64,000 nucleotides of DNA from a phage. Positions 1 to 8,763 of the stretch are shown piece after piece. The translations under genes and the position numbers were made by a program. Location of the stretch: the sequence record PZ179882.1; one strand, 5' to 3'. Numbering within the stretch: the stretch's first letter is position 1; each line of letters begins with the position of its first letter. Under the pieces are notes generated by a model. It saw nothing but the letters and a program-made list of their open reading frames with translations, was not told the DNA's origin and ran no database searches.

Positions 1-795
1 CGACATATCTGGTTTAGAGATGATAGCGATGCAGAAAAGGCTGTTATCTGGGCTACAGATGAGGGTATTTTACATATTCGCAATAATCATGGGGGTTCAT
101 TTAGTCATCACTTCCAGGGTGCAATGATTAAAGCGGGAGAGCGTGTTCCATATAATGGTGAATACGCTCTTATCCGTGGTGATATTTCAGGTGGTGCATG
201 GGTAGACTGGCGAGAGCGTCCGGCTGGATTGTTGGTAGACTGTCAGGACTCACGAAATCAAGCATATAACATTTGGAAAGCTACTCATTGGGGCGAACAG
301 CACCTTGCGGCGATGGGTGTTCATGCTGACGGTGGTAATCCTCGTGTTGTATTGCATGTGGGTGGGAATGATTATGCATTTGCATTTAACGGTGATTTTA
401 CTGCTGGTGCTGCTGTATATTGTAACGACGTTTATATTCGTTCTGACCGTCGTCTGAAAATTAATGTTGAAGACTACGAAGAGAATGCGGTGGATAAGGT
501 AAATAAACTCAAAGTTAAAACCTATGATAAAGTTAAATCTCTTTCTGACCGCGAAGTTATCGGCCATGAGATTGGTATTATCGCACAGGATTTGCAAGAA
601 GTATTACCGGAAGCTGTTAGCACTTCTAGTGTCGGATCTCAGGATAACCCAGAAGAAATTTTAACAATTTCAAACTCTGCTGTGAACGCGCTTTTAATTA
701 AGGCCATTCAGGAAATGAGCGAAGAAATTAAAGAATTGAAAACGCCTCTCTTTACTAAAATTGCTCGCAAAATTAGTAAATATTTTAAATTCTAA
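1..795 (+). CDS. 37: Long tail fibre distal subunit gp37, C-terminal part (5' end outside window)
   Basis: Frame 1 is open from nt 1 to stop at 795 (track ORF 124..795 is an internal Met). Position immediately upstream of gene 38 and t. Contains SDRRLK motif (Ser codon 442-444) typical of autoproteolytic intramolecular-chaperone C-termini of fibre proteins. Confidence 0.7.
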   Translation, partial: RHIWFRDDSDAEKAVIWATDEGILHIRNNHGGSFSHHFQGAMIKAGERVPYNGEYALIRGDISGGAWVDWRERPAGLLVDCQDSRNQAYNIWKATHWGEQHLAAMGVHADGGNPRVVLHVGGNDYAFAFNGDFTAGAAVYCNDVYIRSDRRLKINVEDYEENAVDKVNKLKVKTYDKVKSLSDREVIGHEIGIIAQDLQEVLPEAVSTSSVGSQDNPEEILTISNSAVNALLIKAIQEMSEEIKELKTPLFTKIARKISKYFKF

Positions 796-831
796 CAACA
801 AGGGGGAAATGCCCCCTTTGGAGTATAAATT

Positions 832-1614
832 ATGGCAGTAGTTGGAGTTCCTGGCTGGATTGGAAGTTCAGCCGTAAATGAAACGGGCCAGCGCTGGATG
901 AGTCAAGCGGCTGGTCAATTAAGATTAGGTGTTCCTTGCTGGATGAGTCAATTTGCAGGTCGCTCAAGAGAAATTATTCATACACTTGGAGCAGATCATA
1001 ACTTCAATGGTCAATGGTTCCGAGATAGGTGTTTTGAGGCAGGTAGTACACCTATAGTGTTTAATATCACTGGAGATTTAGTATCATATTCTAAAGATGT
1101 TCCTTTATTCTTCATGTACGGAGATACACCGAATGAATATGTTCAACTGAATATACATGGTGTAACGATGTATGGCCGTGGCGGGAATGGCGGTAGCAAT
1201 AGTCCTGGCTCAGCTGGGGGTCATTGTATTCAAAATGATATTGGTGGGAGACTAAGAATTAATAATGGCGGAGCTATTGCTGGCGGTGGCGGTGGCGGTG
1301 GCGGCGGATATTATTCTCCTTTTTCACAAATGAGATTGACCTTTGGCGGTGGCGGCGGTCGTCCGTTTGGCGCTCCGGGCGGATCTATTGATATGCAATC
1401 AGGAGCAACTGCTGGTACTATTTCTGCGCCTGGCGCAGGGTCTGTGAACGGTATCTACAACGGCGGGTCTGGTGGTGAAGTTGGCTCCGCAGGAGGTAGA
1501 TGTAATATTCGTGGTCAAGGATATGAATACGATGGCGGAGCTGCTGGTTATGCCGTCATAGGGTCTACACCGACATGGCAAAACGTTGGAGCAATATATG
1601 GTCCAAGAGTATAA
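832..1614 (+). CDS. 38: T2-type receptor-recognising adhesin gp38 with glycine-rich motifs
   Basis: 260 aa. N-terminus [37 protein letters not shown] matches remembered conserved gp37-binding domain of T2/K3-type gp38. Poly-Gly islands flank variable segments. ATG at 832 with GGAG Shine-Dalgarno. Confidence 0.8.
   Translation: MAVVGVPGWIGSSAVNETGQRWMSQAAGQLRLGVPCWMSQFAGRSREIIHTLGADHNFNGQWFRDRCFEAGSTPIVFNITGDLVSYSKDVPLFFMYGDTPNEYVQLNIHGVTMYGRGGNGGSNSPGSAGGHCIQNDIGGRLRINNGGAIAGGGGGGGGGYYSPFSQMRLTFGGGGGRPFGAPGGSIDMQSGATAGTISAPGAGSVNGIYNGGSGGEVGSAGGRCNIRGQGYEYDGGAAGYAVIGSTPTWQNVGAIYGPRV
1282..1308 (+). repeat. (GGN)9 codon repeat encoding poly-Gly in gp38
   Basis: ggcggtggcggtggcggtggcggcgga; a second shorter GGN run at about 1341-1357. 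Confidence 0.8.
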
Positions 1615-1644
1615 TGTGAATAAATATCCTTAAAAGGAGGGTCT

Positions 1645-2301
1645 ATGGCAGCACCTAGAATATCATTTTCGCCCTCTGATATTCTGTTTGGTGTTCTAGA
1701 TCGCTTGTTCAAAGATAATGCTACCGGGGAAGTTCTTGCTTCCAGGGTAGCTGTCGTAATTCTTTTGTTTATAATGGCGATTGTTTGGTATAGGGGAGAT
1801 AGTTTCTTTGAGTACTATAAGCAATCAAAGTATGAAACATACAGTGAAATTATTGAAAAGGAAAGAAATGCACGCTTTGAATCTGTCGCCCTGGAACAAC
1901 TCCAGATAGTTCATATATCATCTGAGGCAGACTTTAGTGCGGTGTATTCTTTCCGCCCTAAAAACTTAAACTATTTTGTTGATATTATAGCATATGAAGG
2001 AAAATTACCTTCAACAATAAGTGAAAAAACACTTGGAGGATATCCTGTTGATAAAACTATGGATGAATATGCAGTTCATTTAAATGGACGTCATTATTAT
2101 TCCAACTCAAAATTTGCTTTTTTACCAACTAAAAAGCCTACTCCCGAAATAAACTACATGTACAGTTGTCCATATTTCAATTTGGATAATATCTATGCTG
2201 GAACAATAACCATGTACTGGTATAGAAATGATCATATAAGTAATGACCGCCTTGAATCAATATGTTCTCAGGCGGCCAGAATATTAGGAAGGGCTAAATA
2301 A
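1645..2301 (+). CDS. t: Holin T (lysis inhibition-sensitive holin)
   Basis: 218 aa, one N-proximal TM segment and large C-terminal periplasmic domain; matches remembered T4 holin length and sequence; SD AAGGAGG upstream. Confidence 0.9.
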   Translation: MAAPRISFSPSDILFGVLDRLFKDNATGEVLASRVAVVILLFIMAIVWYRGDSFFEYYKQSKYETYSEIIEKERNARFESVALEQLQIVHISSEADFSAVYSFRPKNLNYFVDIIAYEGKLPSTISEKTLGGYPVDKTMDEYAVHLNGRHYYSNSKFAFLPTKKPTPEINYMYSCPYFNLDNIYAGTITMYWYRNDHISNDRLESICSQAARILGRAK

Positions 2302-2574
2302 TTATTTGTTTGTATACATCTCTAGATATCGATATACACCCTCAAAACCCTCGTTGAATTCGTCGATGAGGGTTTTCTTATCTTCTTGGGTTAATTCAGA
2401 AACAATTTTACGGAATGAATTCTGATTTAACTTTCTACCTTCATGCGTTACTCCAATCTCATTCAGAAATGCAATAAAATTAGCACGATTCTCAACAATA
2501 TCTTCTCTGGAAAATTTAATCAAAATAGACGCAACAGTAATAATTTCACGAACTGTATCAATGTTTTTATTCAT
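2302..2574 (-). CDS. asiA: Anti-sigma70 protein AsiA
   Basis: 90 aa, MNKNIDTVREIITVASILIKFSREDIVENRANFIAFLNEIG matches remembered T4 AsiA; ATG verified at 2572-2574. Confidence 0.9.
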   Translation of the reverse strand: MNKNIDTVREIITVASILIKFSREDIVENRANFIAFLNEIGVTHEGRKLNQNSFRKIVSELTQEDKKTLIDEFNEGFEGVYRYLEMYTNK

Positions 2575-2735
2575 TAACTATACCACTCAATTAGTTGACT
2601 TTATTATAATATCATCAGACGTTTGATTTGTAAACTGGTCTGTATTATTTTCTTCAAAAATTTTTTCTACGAATTCCTTGAACGACTCGCGTTCCTGAGC
2701 TACATTATGCTCGATTACCTTTTCAAGATTATGAC

Positions 2736-3014
2736 TCATTCGAAATAATCTTCAATTTCGTAATCATGGACGTAAAACATTATAGTTTTTAATACATCAT
2801 CAATACTTTTTCCTGGAGCTGGAATTACATAAAAATATCCCGCCTTTGAGTTATCTTTATAAGTTCCAACCAAGAAATCATTATTCTCGAGATGTAGTTC
2901 TTCAACTAATTCATTAACAATTGAGTGGTATAAATTTGGTAGAAGCTTATATAGCTTTTCTAGAATATCAATTTTGATTGTATATTGAACCACAGATTGA
3001 GAATCAATAATCAT
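2736..3014 (-). CDS. arn: Arn-like anti-restriction (McrBC inhibitor) protein
   Basis: 92 aa acidic protein immediately downstream of motA-side cluster and upstream of asiA, same size and position as T4 arn; sequence not independently recalled. Confidence 0.55.
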   Translation of the reverse strand: MIIDSQSVVQYTIKIDILEKLYKLLPNLYHSIVNELVEELHLENNDFLVGTYKDNSKAGYFYVIPAPGKSIDDVLKTIMFYVHDYEIEDYFE

Positions 3015-3119
3015 AGACCTTCCCCTTATGTTTCTGTTTGCGATTAGATTCTTTAAACGCTTTCTTCTTATCCTTATGGACAGAAGCTTTATTAAAATTA
3101 TGTTTTGCGACTAAATTGT

Positions 3120-3317
3120 TCATAGTGCTGAATTACCCTCTCTCAAACATTTGCATGTGAATGAAAACTTTTTAGCTACACCACATTCAAATATATGTTC
3201 TCTTAAATCACGTGTGTCAGTATATCCCATCTCAACAATAAAATGCCGTATTAGATTTTTATCTTTATCATTGAGAGAGTTAAAATAATCAGATTTTGAA
3301 TTAATTTCCCTGGCCAA
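3120..3317 (-). CDS. Hypothetical protein (arn.x/motA.1-like), 65 aa
   Basis: ORF track; tightly packed between arn and motA; contains CxxC-like FTCKC. Confidence 0.4.
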   Translation of the reverse strand: MAREINSKSDYFNSLNDKDKNLIRHFIVEMGYTDTRDLREHIFECGVAKKFSFTCKCLREGNSAL

Positions 3318-3597
3318 ATTGAATCACCTTCAGTTGACGTTTTAGTTCTTTTATCATTTCTTCGTTCATCGCAATATAAAGATCGCGTAAAGCGGGTTTT
3401 AACATTCCATTTACTGGAGAACTAAATGGACATACATAATCTTTTCCTACGAGCTTTTTAGTTAATTCCATGTCACAAAACTGAAATGCTGGTTCATTGG
3501 CATAAATTCCCCAATTAGTTGACATCATTTTATTGGCATATTCCAATGCTTGGATTTGATTAGTAATTCCATCAATTTGAAACTTTTTAATATTCAT
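3301..3597 (-). CDS. Hypothetical protein, 98 aa
   Basis: ORF track; co-oriented, start overlaps stop of upstream gene. Confidence 0.45.
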   Translation of the reverse strand: MNIKKFQIDGITNQIQALEYANKMMSTNWGIYANEPAFQFCDMELTKKLVGKDYVCPFSSPVNGMLKPALRDLYIAMNEEMIKELKRQLKVIQFGQGN

Positions 3598-4058
3598 TAG
3601 TAAAGGTCCTCAGAGTAAAGTTCTTTTTCACTACCACCGCGTTCAATACGTACTTGTCCAGCGTAAGTTGCAATAATCATTGCTTCTTCACGTGTCCAAT
3701 AATTACTATATTGGTCAATAAACCCTTGATCATCATCACAAACTTGCTGAGTAACTAATTGAGGTTTAACTACATCTAAAACTTCTGCCATATCTTTAGA
3801 ATAATGACGAGCACCCGGAATAATAAGAGTTCGTCCATCTTTTAATCTAAAACGGTTGGCTGCGCAAACAATCCGTCGTTGGTACTTTTGGTTTTCATCC
3901 CAGTATGCAGACTGCCAACAGATTTCCGGAACTTCTTTTAAAATATCTTCTTCTGTGCATTTATAACCATGTGCTTTAAATTTTTGAACAAGACTTTCTG
4001 GAGTTTCACGAGATAAAGGAACATTCAGCATTTTTAAACGATTAATAAATGGGTTCAT
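3597..4058 (-). CDS. Hypothetical protein, 153 aa
   Basis: ORF track; ATGA-type stop/start coupling with neighbours. Confidence 0.5.
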   Translation of the reverse strand: MNPFINRLKMLNVPLSRETPESLVQKFKAHGYKCTEEDILKEVPEICWQSAYWDENQKYQRRIVCAANRFRLKDGRTLIIPGARHYSKDMAEVLDVVKPQLVTQQVCDDDQGFIDQYSNYWTREEAMIIATYAGQVRIERGGSEKELYSEDLY

Positions 4059-4384
4059 TTAAACCATCCTTTAATACGCTGCCACAAAGTTTTCTGTTGA
4101 GCTTTGTTAACACCAATTGAGCGAATAACTGGTTGAGATTCCTGGAATTCTTTATAATCAGCAAGGTAAATTTCGTAAGCTGAATCCGTAAAGGAACTTA
4201 TCGCTGCCATGAAATTATTGCGAATACCTACTGGAGCATCTTTACTTTCACGAATAATCATGTATTTGCCAGTCTTAATCTTTACAATAGTTCCAAGATA
4301 AGCCCCATGGTACCAGATGTCCCATCCCTCTTGAGTAGGTTCTGCGCAACGACGAAGTTCATTGACAATTTCTAACTTGTTCAT
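4055..4384 (-). CDS. Hypothetical protein, 109 aa
   Basis: ORF track; co-oriented in arn-motA interval. Confidence 0.5.
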   Translation of the reverse strand: MNKLEIVNELRRCAEPTQEGWDIWYHGAYLGTIVKIKTGKYMIIRESKDAPVGIRNNFMAAISSFTDSAYEIYLADYKEFQESQPVIRSIGVNKAQQKTLWQRIKGWFK

Positions 4385-4394
4385 TATTTATTCC

Positions 4395-5030
4395 TCACAG
4401 TTCAGATGCTACGGTGATTACAGCTTCAATGTTTTCTGCTGAACGTTTAATGTCAAGATACACATTACCGTTTTTAGCGATTTTACATGACATTCCGATA
4501 TCAGTAAATTTCTGAATATGATGTTCCATCATTTTGTATCCAAAAATTCGCATATTTCCATTATTGTTAATTTCAAAATTACGAATTCCGTGAGTGCGTT
4601 TTTCTAAAATAGCAAGATAGTTACTGCGGTAAGTTTCAACCTTTTTGAGAACAAATCCATTTTCATCTAAAAGTTTTAGCATGTGGTCTTTATCTTCTTC
4701 CATATCGGAAGTAATCTCACGAGCTTTACGAGTTGCTCGTTTTTTCAGCAGTTCAGGAGCGTTTTCCTGTGCGTATAAAGTTGCTGCATTTGAAATAATA
4801 TCCTGAGCTTCACCAGTAATGATTAATCCATCACCAGATTTCTCCACCAGGCCTTTTTTAATCAATACCCCAATATTACTATTAACTACTGCATTACCTA
4901 AATCTGGATGCACCTCACGAACTTCTGCAGCTGTAATGAAATCTTTCTTAGCAATGGTAATTAAAATCGCAGCAGTTTTTTCATTCAGAACATCGTTAGA
5001 AGCTTTGATGATGTAAGTTACTTTAGACAT
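4395..5030 (-). CDS. motA: Middle-transcription activator MotA
   Basis: 211 aa; MSKVTYIIKASNDVLNEKTAAILITIAKKDF matches remembered T4 MotA; ATG verified 5028-5030; early promoter upstream. Confidence 0.9.
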   Translation of the reverse strand: MSKVTYIIKASNDVLNEKTAAILITIAKKDFITAAEVREVHPDLGNAVVNSNIGVLIKKGLVEKSGDGLIITGEAQDIISNAATLYAQENAPELLKKRATRKAREITSDMEEDKDHMLKLLDENGFVLKKVETYRSNYLAILEKRTHGIRNFEINNNGNMRIFGYKMMEHHIQKFTDIGMSCKIAKNGNVYLDIKRSAENIEAVITVASEL

Positions 5031-5067
5031 TTTAATCTCCGTTTCAGTTCATTTATTTGATAGGTCT

Positions 5068-5096
5068 ATAGTATCATGTTTAAAGCAGAAGTAAAC
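5068..5096 (-). promoter_or_regulatory. Early (sigma70-type) promoter upstream of motA
   Basis: Minus strand reads GTTTAC (5096-5091), 17-nt spacer, TGaTACTAT (5076-5068). Confidence 0.55.
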
Positions 5097-5135
5097 ACTT
5101 TTTTGCACTCTTTTTCAAGAGCTCTAATAAAGTAC

Positions 5136-5363
5136 TTACTTAATGTTCAGATTACGAACTTCGATTTCGTCTTCATGGGCAAAATCAAACTGTTTGAATT
5201 CTGTGTCACCTTTAAATTTAAAAATCATTGTGAAGAAAGTCAGAACACCAGGTTTTTCTTCACGAACTCCACAGATATCATATTCAATACCATCTACAAC
5301 CAGTTTGTTAGCAGTCAGAGCATTTTTAGCTTTAACGATTTCGTTTTCGATTTTAAATTTCAT
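5136..5363 (-). CDS. Hypothetical protein, 75 aa
   Basis: ORF track; ATG at 5361-5363; preceded by early promoter (5413-5442) and terminator hairpin. Confidence 0.5.
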   Translation of the reverse strand: MKFKIENEIVKAKNALTANKLVVDGIEYDICGVREEKPGVLTFFTMIFKFKGDTEFKQFDFAHEDEIEVRNLNIK

Positions 5364-5412
5364 TTTTTGTATCTCCGGGTTGTTTGTTTCAGTTCATTTA
5401 TTTGATAGTTGT

Positions 5413-5442
5413 ATAGTACCACAGTATGCTTTGGTTGTAAAC
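5413..5442 (-). promoter_or_regulatory. Early promoter
   Basis: GTTTAC (5442-5437), 18-nt spacer, TGgTACTAT; just downstream of terminator hairpin; near-identical flanks to promoter at 62464-62493. Confidence 0.55.
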
Positions 5443-5463
5443 CGTTTTGTGAAAAAATTTTTG

Positions 5464-5493
5464 AAATAAAAAAGGGAGAGCCGAGGCTCTCCC
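5464..5493 (-). terminator. Rho-independent terminator
   Basis: Hairpin gggagagc-cgag-gctctccc followed on the minus strand by UUUUUUAUUU. Confidence 0.6.
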
Positions 5494-5498
5494 TAAAA

Positions 5499-5648
5499 TT
5501 ACTGCATGACTGTGATAACTGTCATGATAACACGTTGAATTCCGAACGCAAGAAGACCTCCTGCTACGGCAGGAACAACACCTAAACCCGCCAGTAAAAT
5601 TCCACCAGATACTAATGCAGCGCTTGTGATACCAATGAATGGACTCAT
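5499..5648 (-). CDS. Small hydrophobic membrane peptide (49 aa), not in ORF track
   Basis: Hand translation: MSPFIGITSAALVSGGILLAGLGVVPAVAGGLLAFGIQRVIMTVITVMQ; ATG 5646-5648 overlaps gene 52 stop (ATGA); ends just before terminator hairpin. Confidence 0.4.
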   Translation of the reverse strand: MSPFIGITSAALVSGGILLAGLGVVPAVAGGLLAFGIQRVIMTVITVMQ

Positions 5649-6973
5649 TTGATTTCCTCTAAATCTTTGGTGTATTCTGTAACTACATCAGTAGTTTTCC
5701 AATATTCGTTTTCTTCTTTTTTGGCTTTAGCTTCTTCAGCAAGTTTCTTTGCTTCGTCGGAAGTCATATGAAAAATGTTCATTCCAACTAGTTTATCAAC
5801 ATAAGAAGAATACATATCAATTTTAGAAAGTTCTTCGGTCAGTTCTTTGCGAGTTTTACCTTGTACAACAATTTCACCTGAAATTACTTTCTTAATGAAA
5901 TGTGCCTTGGCAAAAGCTAAACGAAATGCTGATTCAGTTTCTTTGATTTTGTTATCAATTCGTTTTTGGACATAAGTTTTACGAACTTCAACGAAGTCTT
6001 TGATTAAATCAACTACATTATCGTAAACTTGCAGCTTTCCTTTCTCATTAATGACGGTAATATTCTGGGAACGACGCTCAATCAACCCGAAGTCTTTCAT
6101 AATTTTTGCATGGCGTTCTTCTTCATTATCGCTCAAAGAGTATTCTTTTCGGAATTTAACTTTGAAGCCAAAGCCATGCTCACCACAAGCATCATCCCAT
6201 GTAATGAAGCCTTTATCTTCAAGCGGGTCTAAGATTTTACTCACATAAGTTTCACGATCATACTTATATGGAATCTCAGTGATATGCATTTGAGTTCGTG
6301 AAGTAAACTTATATGTTCCACGAATTTCATATTGCCCATCAATTTCAACGACTTCACCACGAAATTCTGGGAATTCTACCTTCGGTTTAGTTACTTTCTT
6401 TCCTTGAAGAGCTTGCAGTACAGCTTTCTTGACAGAAGAAACACTATGAGGAAGAATGTAAGTTGCATAACCAGTTGCAATACCGGAAACGCCATTAAGA
6501 AGAACAGTAGGAATAATAGGCAAATAGAAAGCAGGCGGAATGTGTTCTTTATCTTGATGTACTGGAGCATATTCAGTATCTTTATATACGTTATAGAAAT
6601 TTTTACTTACACGAGCAAAAATATAACGACTTGCTGCTGCCTTTTGGACAGTACGAGAACCAAAGTTTCCTTGACCGTCTAACAGAGGAAAGTTATTATT
6701 CCAAGTGTTAGCCATCAAAGCACCTGCGTCTTGCGCAGAGTTTTCACCGTGATGATATCCAAGGTCCGCTACACCGCCTGCGATAGAAGCGAGTTTGTGA
6801 AACTTATCTTTATTTCCTCGTGCCAAATCAAGAGCTCGAGCAATAACAAATCGTTGAACTGGCTTAAATCCGTCAATCATATTTGGAATGGCACGATTTT
6901 CAACCGTGTACATAGCATAAGCCAATGCTTCATTATCAATGATACTTTTTAAATCACGATTATTCAGTTGCAT
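5645..6973 (-). CDS. 52: DNA topoisomerase II medium subunit gp52 (GyrA-like)
   Basis: 442 aa, same length as T4 gp52; type II topoisomerase cleavage-domain motifs; ATG verified 6971-6973. Confidence 0.92.
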   Translation of the reverse strand: MQLNNRDLKSIIDNEALAYAMYTVENRAIPNMIDGFKPVQRFVIARALDLARGNKDKFHKLASIAGGVADLGYHHGENSAQDAGALMANTWNNNFPLLDGQGNFGSRTVQKAAASRYIFARVSKNFYNVYKDTEYAPVHQDKEHIPPAFYLPIIPTVLLNGVSGIATGYATYILPHSVSSVKKAVLQALQGKKVTKPKVEFPEFRGEVVEIDGQYEIRGTYKFTSRTQMHITEIPYKYDRETYVSKILDPLEDKGFITWDDACGEHGFGFKVKFRKEYSLSDNEEERHAKIMKDFGLIERRSQNITVINEKGKLQVYDNVVDLIKDFVEVRKTYVQKRIDNKIKETESAFRLAFAKAHFIKKVISGEIVVQGKTRKELTEELSKIDMYSSYVDKLVGMNIFHMTSDEAKKLAEEAKAKKEENEYWKTTDVVTEYTKDLEEIK

Positions 6974-7110
6974 AAATTTACCATACTAGTGAATGTAGTG
7001 CCATAATAACATCAGAAATGAAAAGCACGACTTGAATTAATCCGAACATTACTCCATAATATAGCGCTACCAATAAAGTAGCAAGGGCTAATGAATAGCC
7101 CAAGATTTTC

Positions 7111-7269
7111 TTAATCATTGGTAGATAACAACACAAATGTTAAATATGCACACATACCCTGGGCTAAAGCTTGTGAAAACACACTGCTAGCATCAATACA
7201 GATAGTTAAAACACATGCTACTATCCAACAAATAAATGAAATAACTCCTAATAGTTTCGCAATATTCAT
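7111..7269 (-). CDS. ac: Small membrane protein, Ac-like (acridine sensitivity)
   Basis: Hand-translated 52-aa hydrophobic ORF MNIAKLLGVISFICWIVACVLTICIDASSVFSQALAQGMCAYLTFVLLSTND between 52 and stp, as T4 ac; call by position, size and hydrophobicity. Confidence 0.55.
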   Translation of the reverse strand: MNIAKLLGVISFICWIVACVLTICIDASSVFSQALAQGMCAYLTFVLLSTND

Positions 7270-7276
7270 ATTTTCC

Positions 7277-7357
7277 TCACTGGCGTCCGAAGACGCCTTT
7301 AGTTTTAAGATTGTTACGATAGAACTGCATTACATGTTCGTTATGGAAATTACTCAT
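7277..7357 (-). CDS. stp: Stp peptide (suppressor of three-prime phosphatase; modulates host EcoprrI/PrrC)
   Basis: Hand-translated 26 codons [26 protein letters not shown], matches remembered T4 Stp; start ATG 7355-7357 overlaps ndd stop; not in ORF track (below size cut-off). Confidence 0.75.
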
Positions 7358-7812
7358 TAATATGCCTGCAAAACAAATTTAAAGTTATCAGCCAACATAC
7401 GATTCATTTCTTCAAGCGTTTGATACTCAGAATGATGATTACGAGTAAACGCTAAAGCTAACTGACCTTTTCCAAATCCCGTCGTCAGAGGTTTCATCTT
7501 AGAAGCAGGTAGATAAAATACCGTGTATGGAACATTGTTATTTGCAATAGTACGCGCAAGCTGAGATCGACGCTGGCGAATATGACTTAGAACTGCACTG
7601 AATCCTTGCTTAGAACGCTGATTACCTACATAAAATCGTGCAGATACACACGGACTATCAAATGGACCACCAAATTTGCTCACTAAAAAGTAAAATCCAG
7701 GTTTAGATAAAATATCTTTATGCGGAGTTCCCAAAAACCACTCACCGCCCTTGATTGTACCAATAACAGTAGCGCCTGCGTTGTTCAGATCAGTAACAGT
7801 CATGTATTTCAT
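7357..7812 (-). CDS. ndd: Nucleoid disruption protein Ndd
   Basis: Track ORF 7357..7866 trimmed to ATG at 7810-7812 ([26 protein letters not shown], 151 aa as T4 Ndd); GAGGA SD upstream. Confidence 0.85.
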
Positions 7813-7870
7813 ATTAATTTCCTCTAAATTATTTTCTACTCCATGGCCGCATGAATACGCGGCCATTAAA

Positions 7871-8086
7871 TTAATCGTCGCAGTCGACGCTCAATTCCCA
7901 AAACTCTTCTACAGTATAAGTTTCAGTATCATTTTCAATACAGAAACGTTCATTACTGTTATTTGCTAAAGTAGCATTAACTGTCGGTTTCTCGTTAGTG
8001 CTCTTAAGAGGTGAAATACGAATTAACTGATCACCGTTATCTAAACAAAAAATTTCACCAACTTTTACATCTTTAAAACTTTTCAT
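7871..8086 (-). CDS. Hypothetical protein (ndd.x-like), 71 aa
   Basis: ORF track; in ndd-denB hyperplastic interval. Confidence 0.5.
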   Translation of the reverse strand: MKSFKDVKVGEIFCLDNGDQLIRISPLKSTNEKPTVNATLANNSNERFCIENDTETYTVEEFWELSVDCDD

Positions 8087-8201
8087 AATTCACCTCAAGG
8101 AGTATAAAATCCAAACGCAGTTGTTGACCATCCCATCCAATATGGGAAATTTGCACCAATGTAAAACATAAGAATATAAAACCAAATGCTTAGTAAATTC
8201 A

Positions 8202-8420
8202 TCATTTTACACCATTCCAAATTGTTTCAACCACAGATTTTAAACCATTTTGATGAATATCAATTCCGACTACTGTCATCAAATAGATTCCAACTACAAC
8301 TGAACCTAAGGCAAAAATCAGCATGAAAATGAATAAAGCCGGAAAAATATTATCGAAAAACCACTCAATAAATGTAAAAGCACTGCGTTTACGCTTCATA
8401 TTTTCCTCACATAAATCCAA
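8202..8420 (-). CDS. Hypothetical membrane protein, 72 aa
   Basis: ORF track; strongly hydrophobic central segment. Confidence 0.45.
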   Translation of the reverse strand: MDLCEENMKRKRSAFTFIEWFFDNIFPALFIFMLIFALGSVVVGIYLMTVVGIDIHQNGLKSVVETIWNGVK

Positions 8421-8520
8421 AGTAAACGTTTAATACATCAATCATTAAAACGATTGGGAATATACTCAAAACTATTAGTATTATAACTACATTCCATATA
8501 GCTTTAACAATCTTTTTCAT
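8407..8520 (-). CDS. Small membrane peptide (~37 aa)
   Basis: Track ORF 8407..8655 would run through the promoter at 8549-8578; internal ATG 8518-8520 (MKKIVKAIWNVVIILIVLSIFPIVLMIDVLNVYFGFM) lies just downstream of predicted transcription start. Confidence 0.35.
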   Translation of the reverse strand: MKKIVKAIWNVVIILIVLSIFPIVLMIDVLNVYFGFM

Positions 8521-8523
8521 TTT

Positions 8524-8578
8524 CTGTTCTTCCGTAGTTGATAGTTGTATAGTACCACGGAAGAACAGTCTTGTAAAC
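8524..8578 (-). promoter_or_regulatory. Early promoter with 11-bp inverted repeat straddling the -10
   Basis: GTTTAC 8578-8573, TGgTACTAT 8557-8549; IR arms ctgttcttccg (8524-8534) and cggaagaacag (8558-8568). Confidence 0.55.
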
Positions 8579-8763
8579 AACTTTTTTAAAAATATTCGTA
8601 ATAAATGTGAATACCAACTACTACCGCTGAAACCTGTGCAACCCACCACGCACAAGCAATAAGTACAGAATTCAAAATTTTCATAATAACCTCATCACAA
8701 AAGTAAATGTTAAACAAATTACTGGAATACTAATTAACCAAACAAAACACCACCATAATGAAC

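Noticed and set aside
250-597. Minus-strand 115-aa ORF inside gene 37
   Set aside because: Lies entirely antisense within the conserved gene 37 coding region; a shadow ORF.
824-831. TATAAATT resembling a late promoter (TATAAATA) before gene 38
   Set aside because: Only 7/8 match and it ends 1 nt before the ATG, leaving the Shine-Dalgarno upstream of any transcript start.
1282-1357. Short tandem GGN repeats as possible CRISPR or satellite
   Set aside because: They are in-frame codon repeats encoding poly-Gly within gp38; no spacer-repeat architecture.
1399-1581. Minus-strand 60-aa ORF inside gene 38
   Set aside because: Antisense to the Gly-rich coding region (GGN repeats give an open complementary frame).
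5076-5469. Two overlapping + strand ORFs (109 and 108 aa)
   Set aside because: They overlap the motA promoter, the 75-aa minus-strand gene and the terminator; AT-rich low-complexity translation and no RBS.
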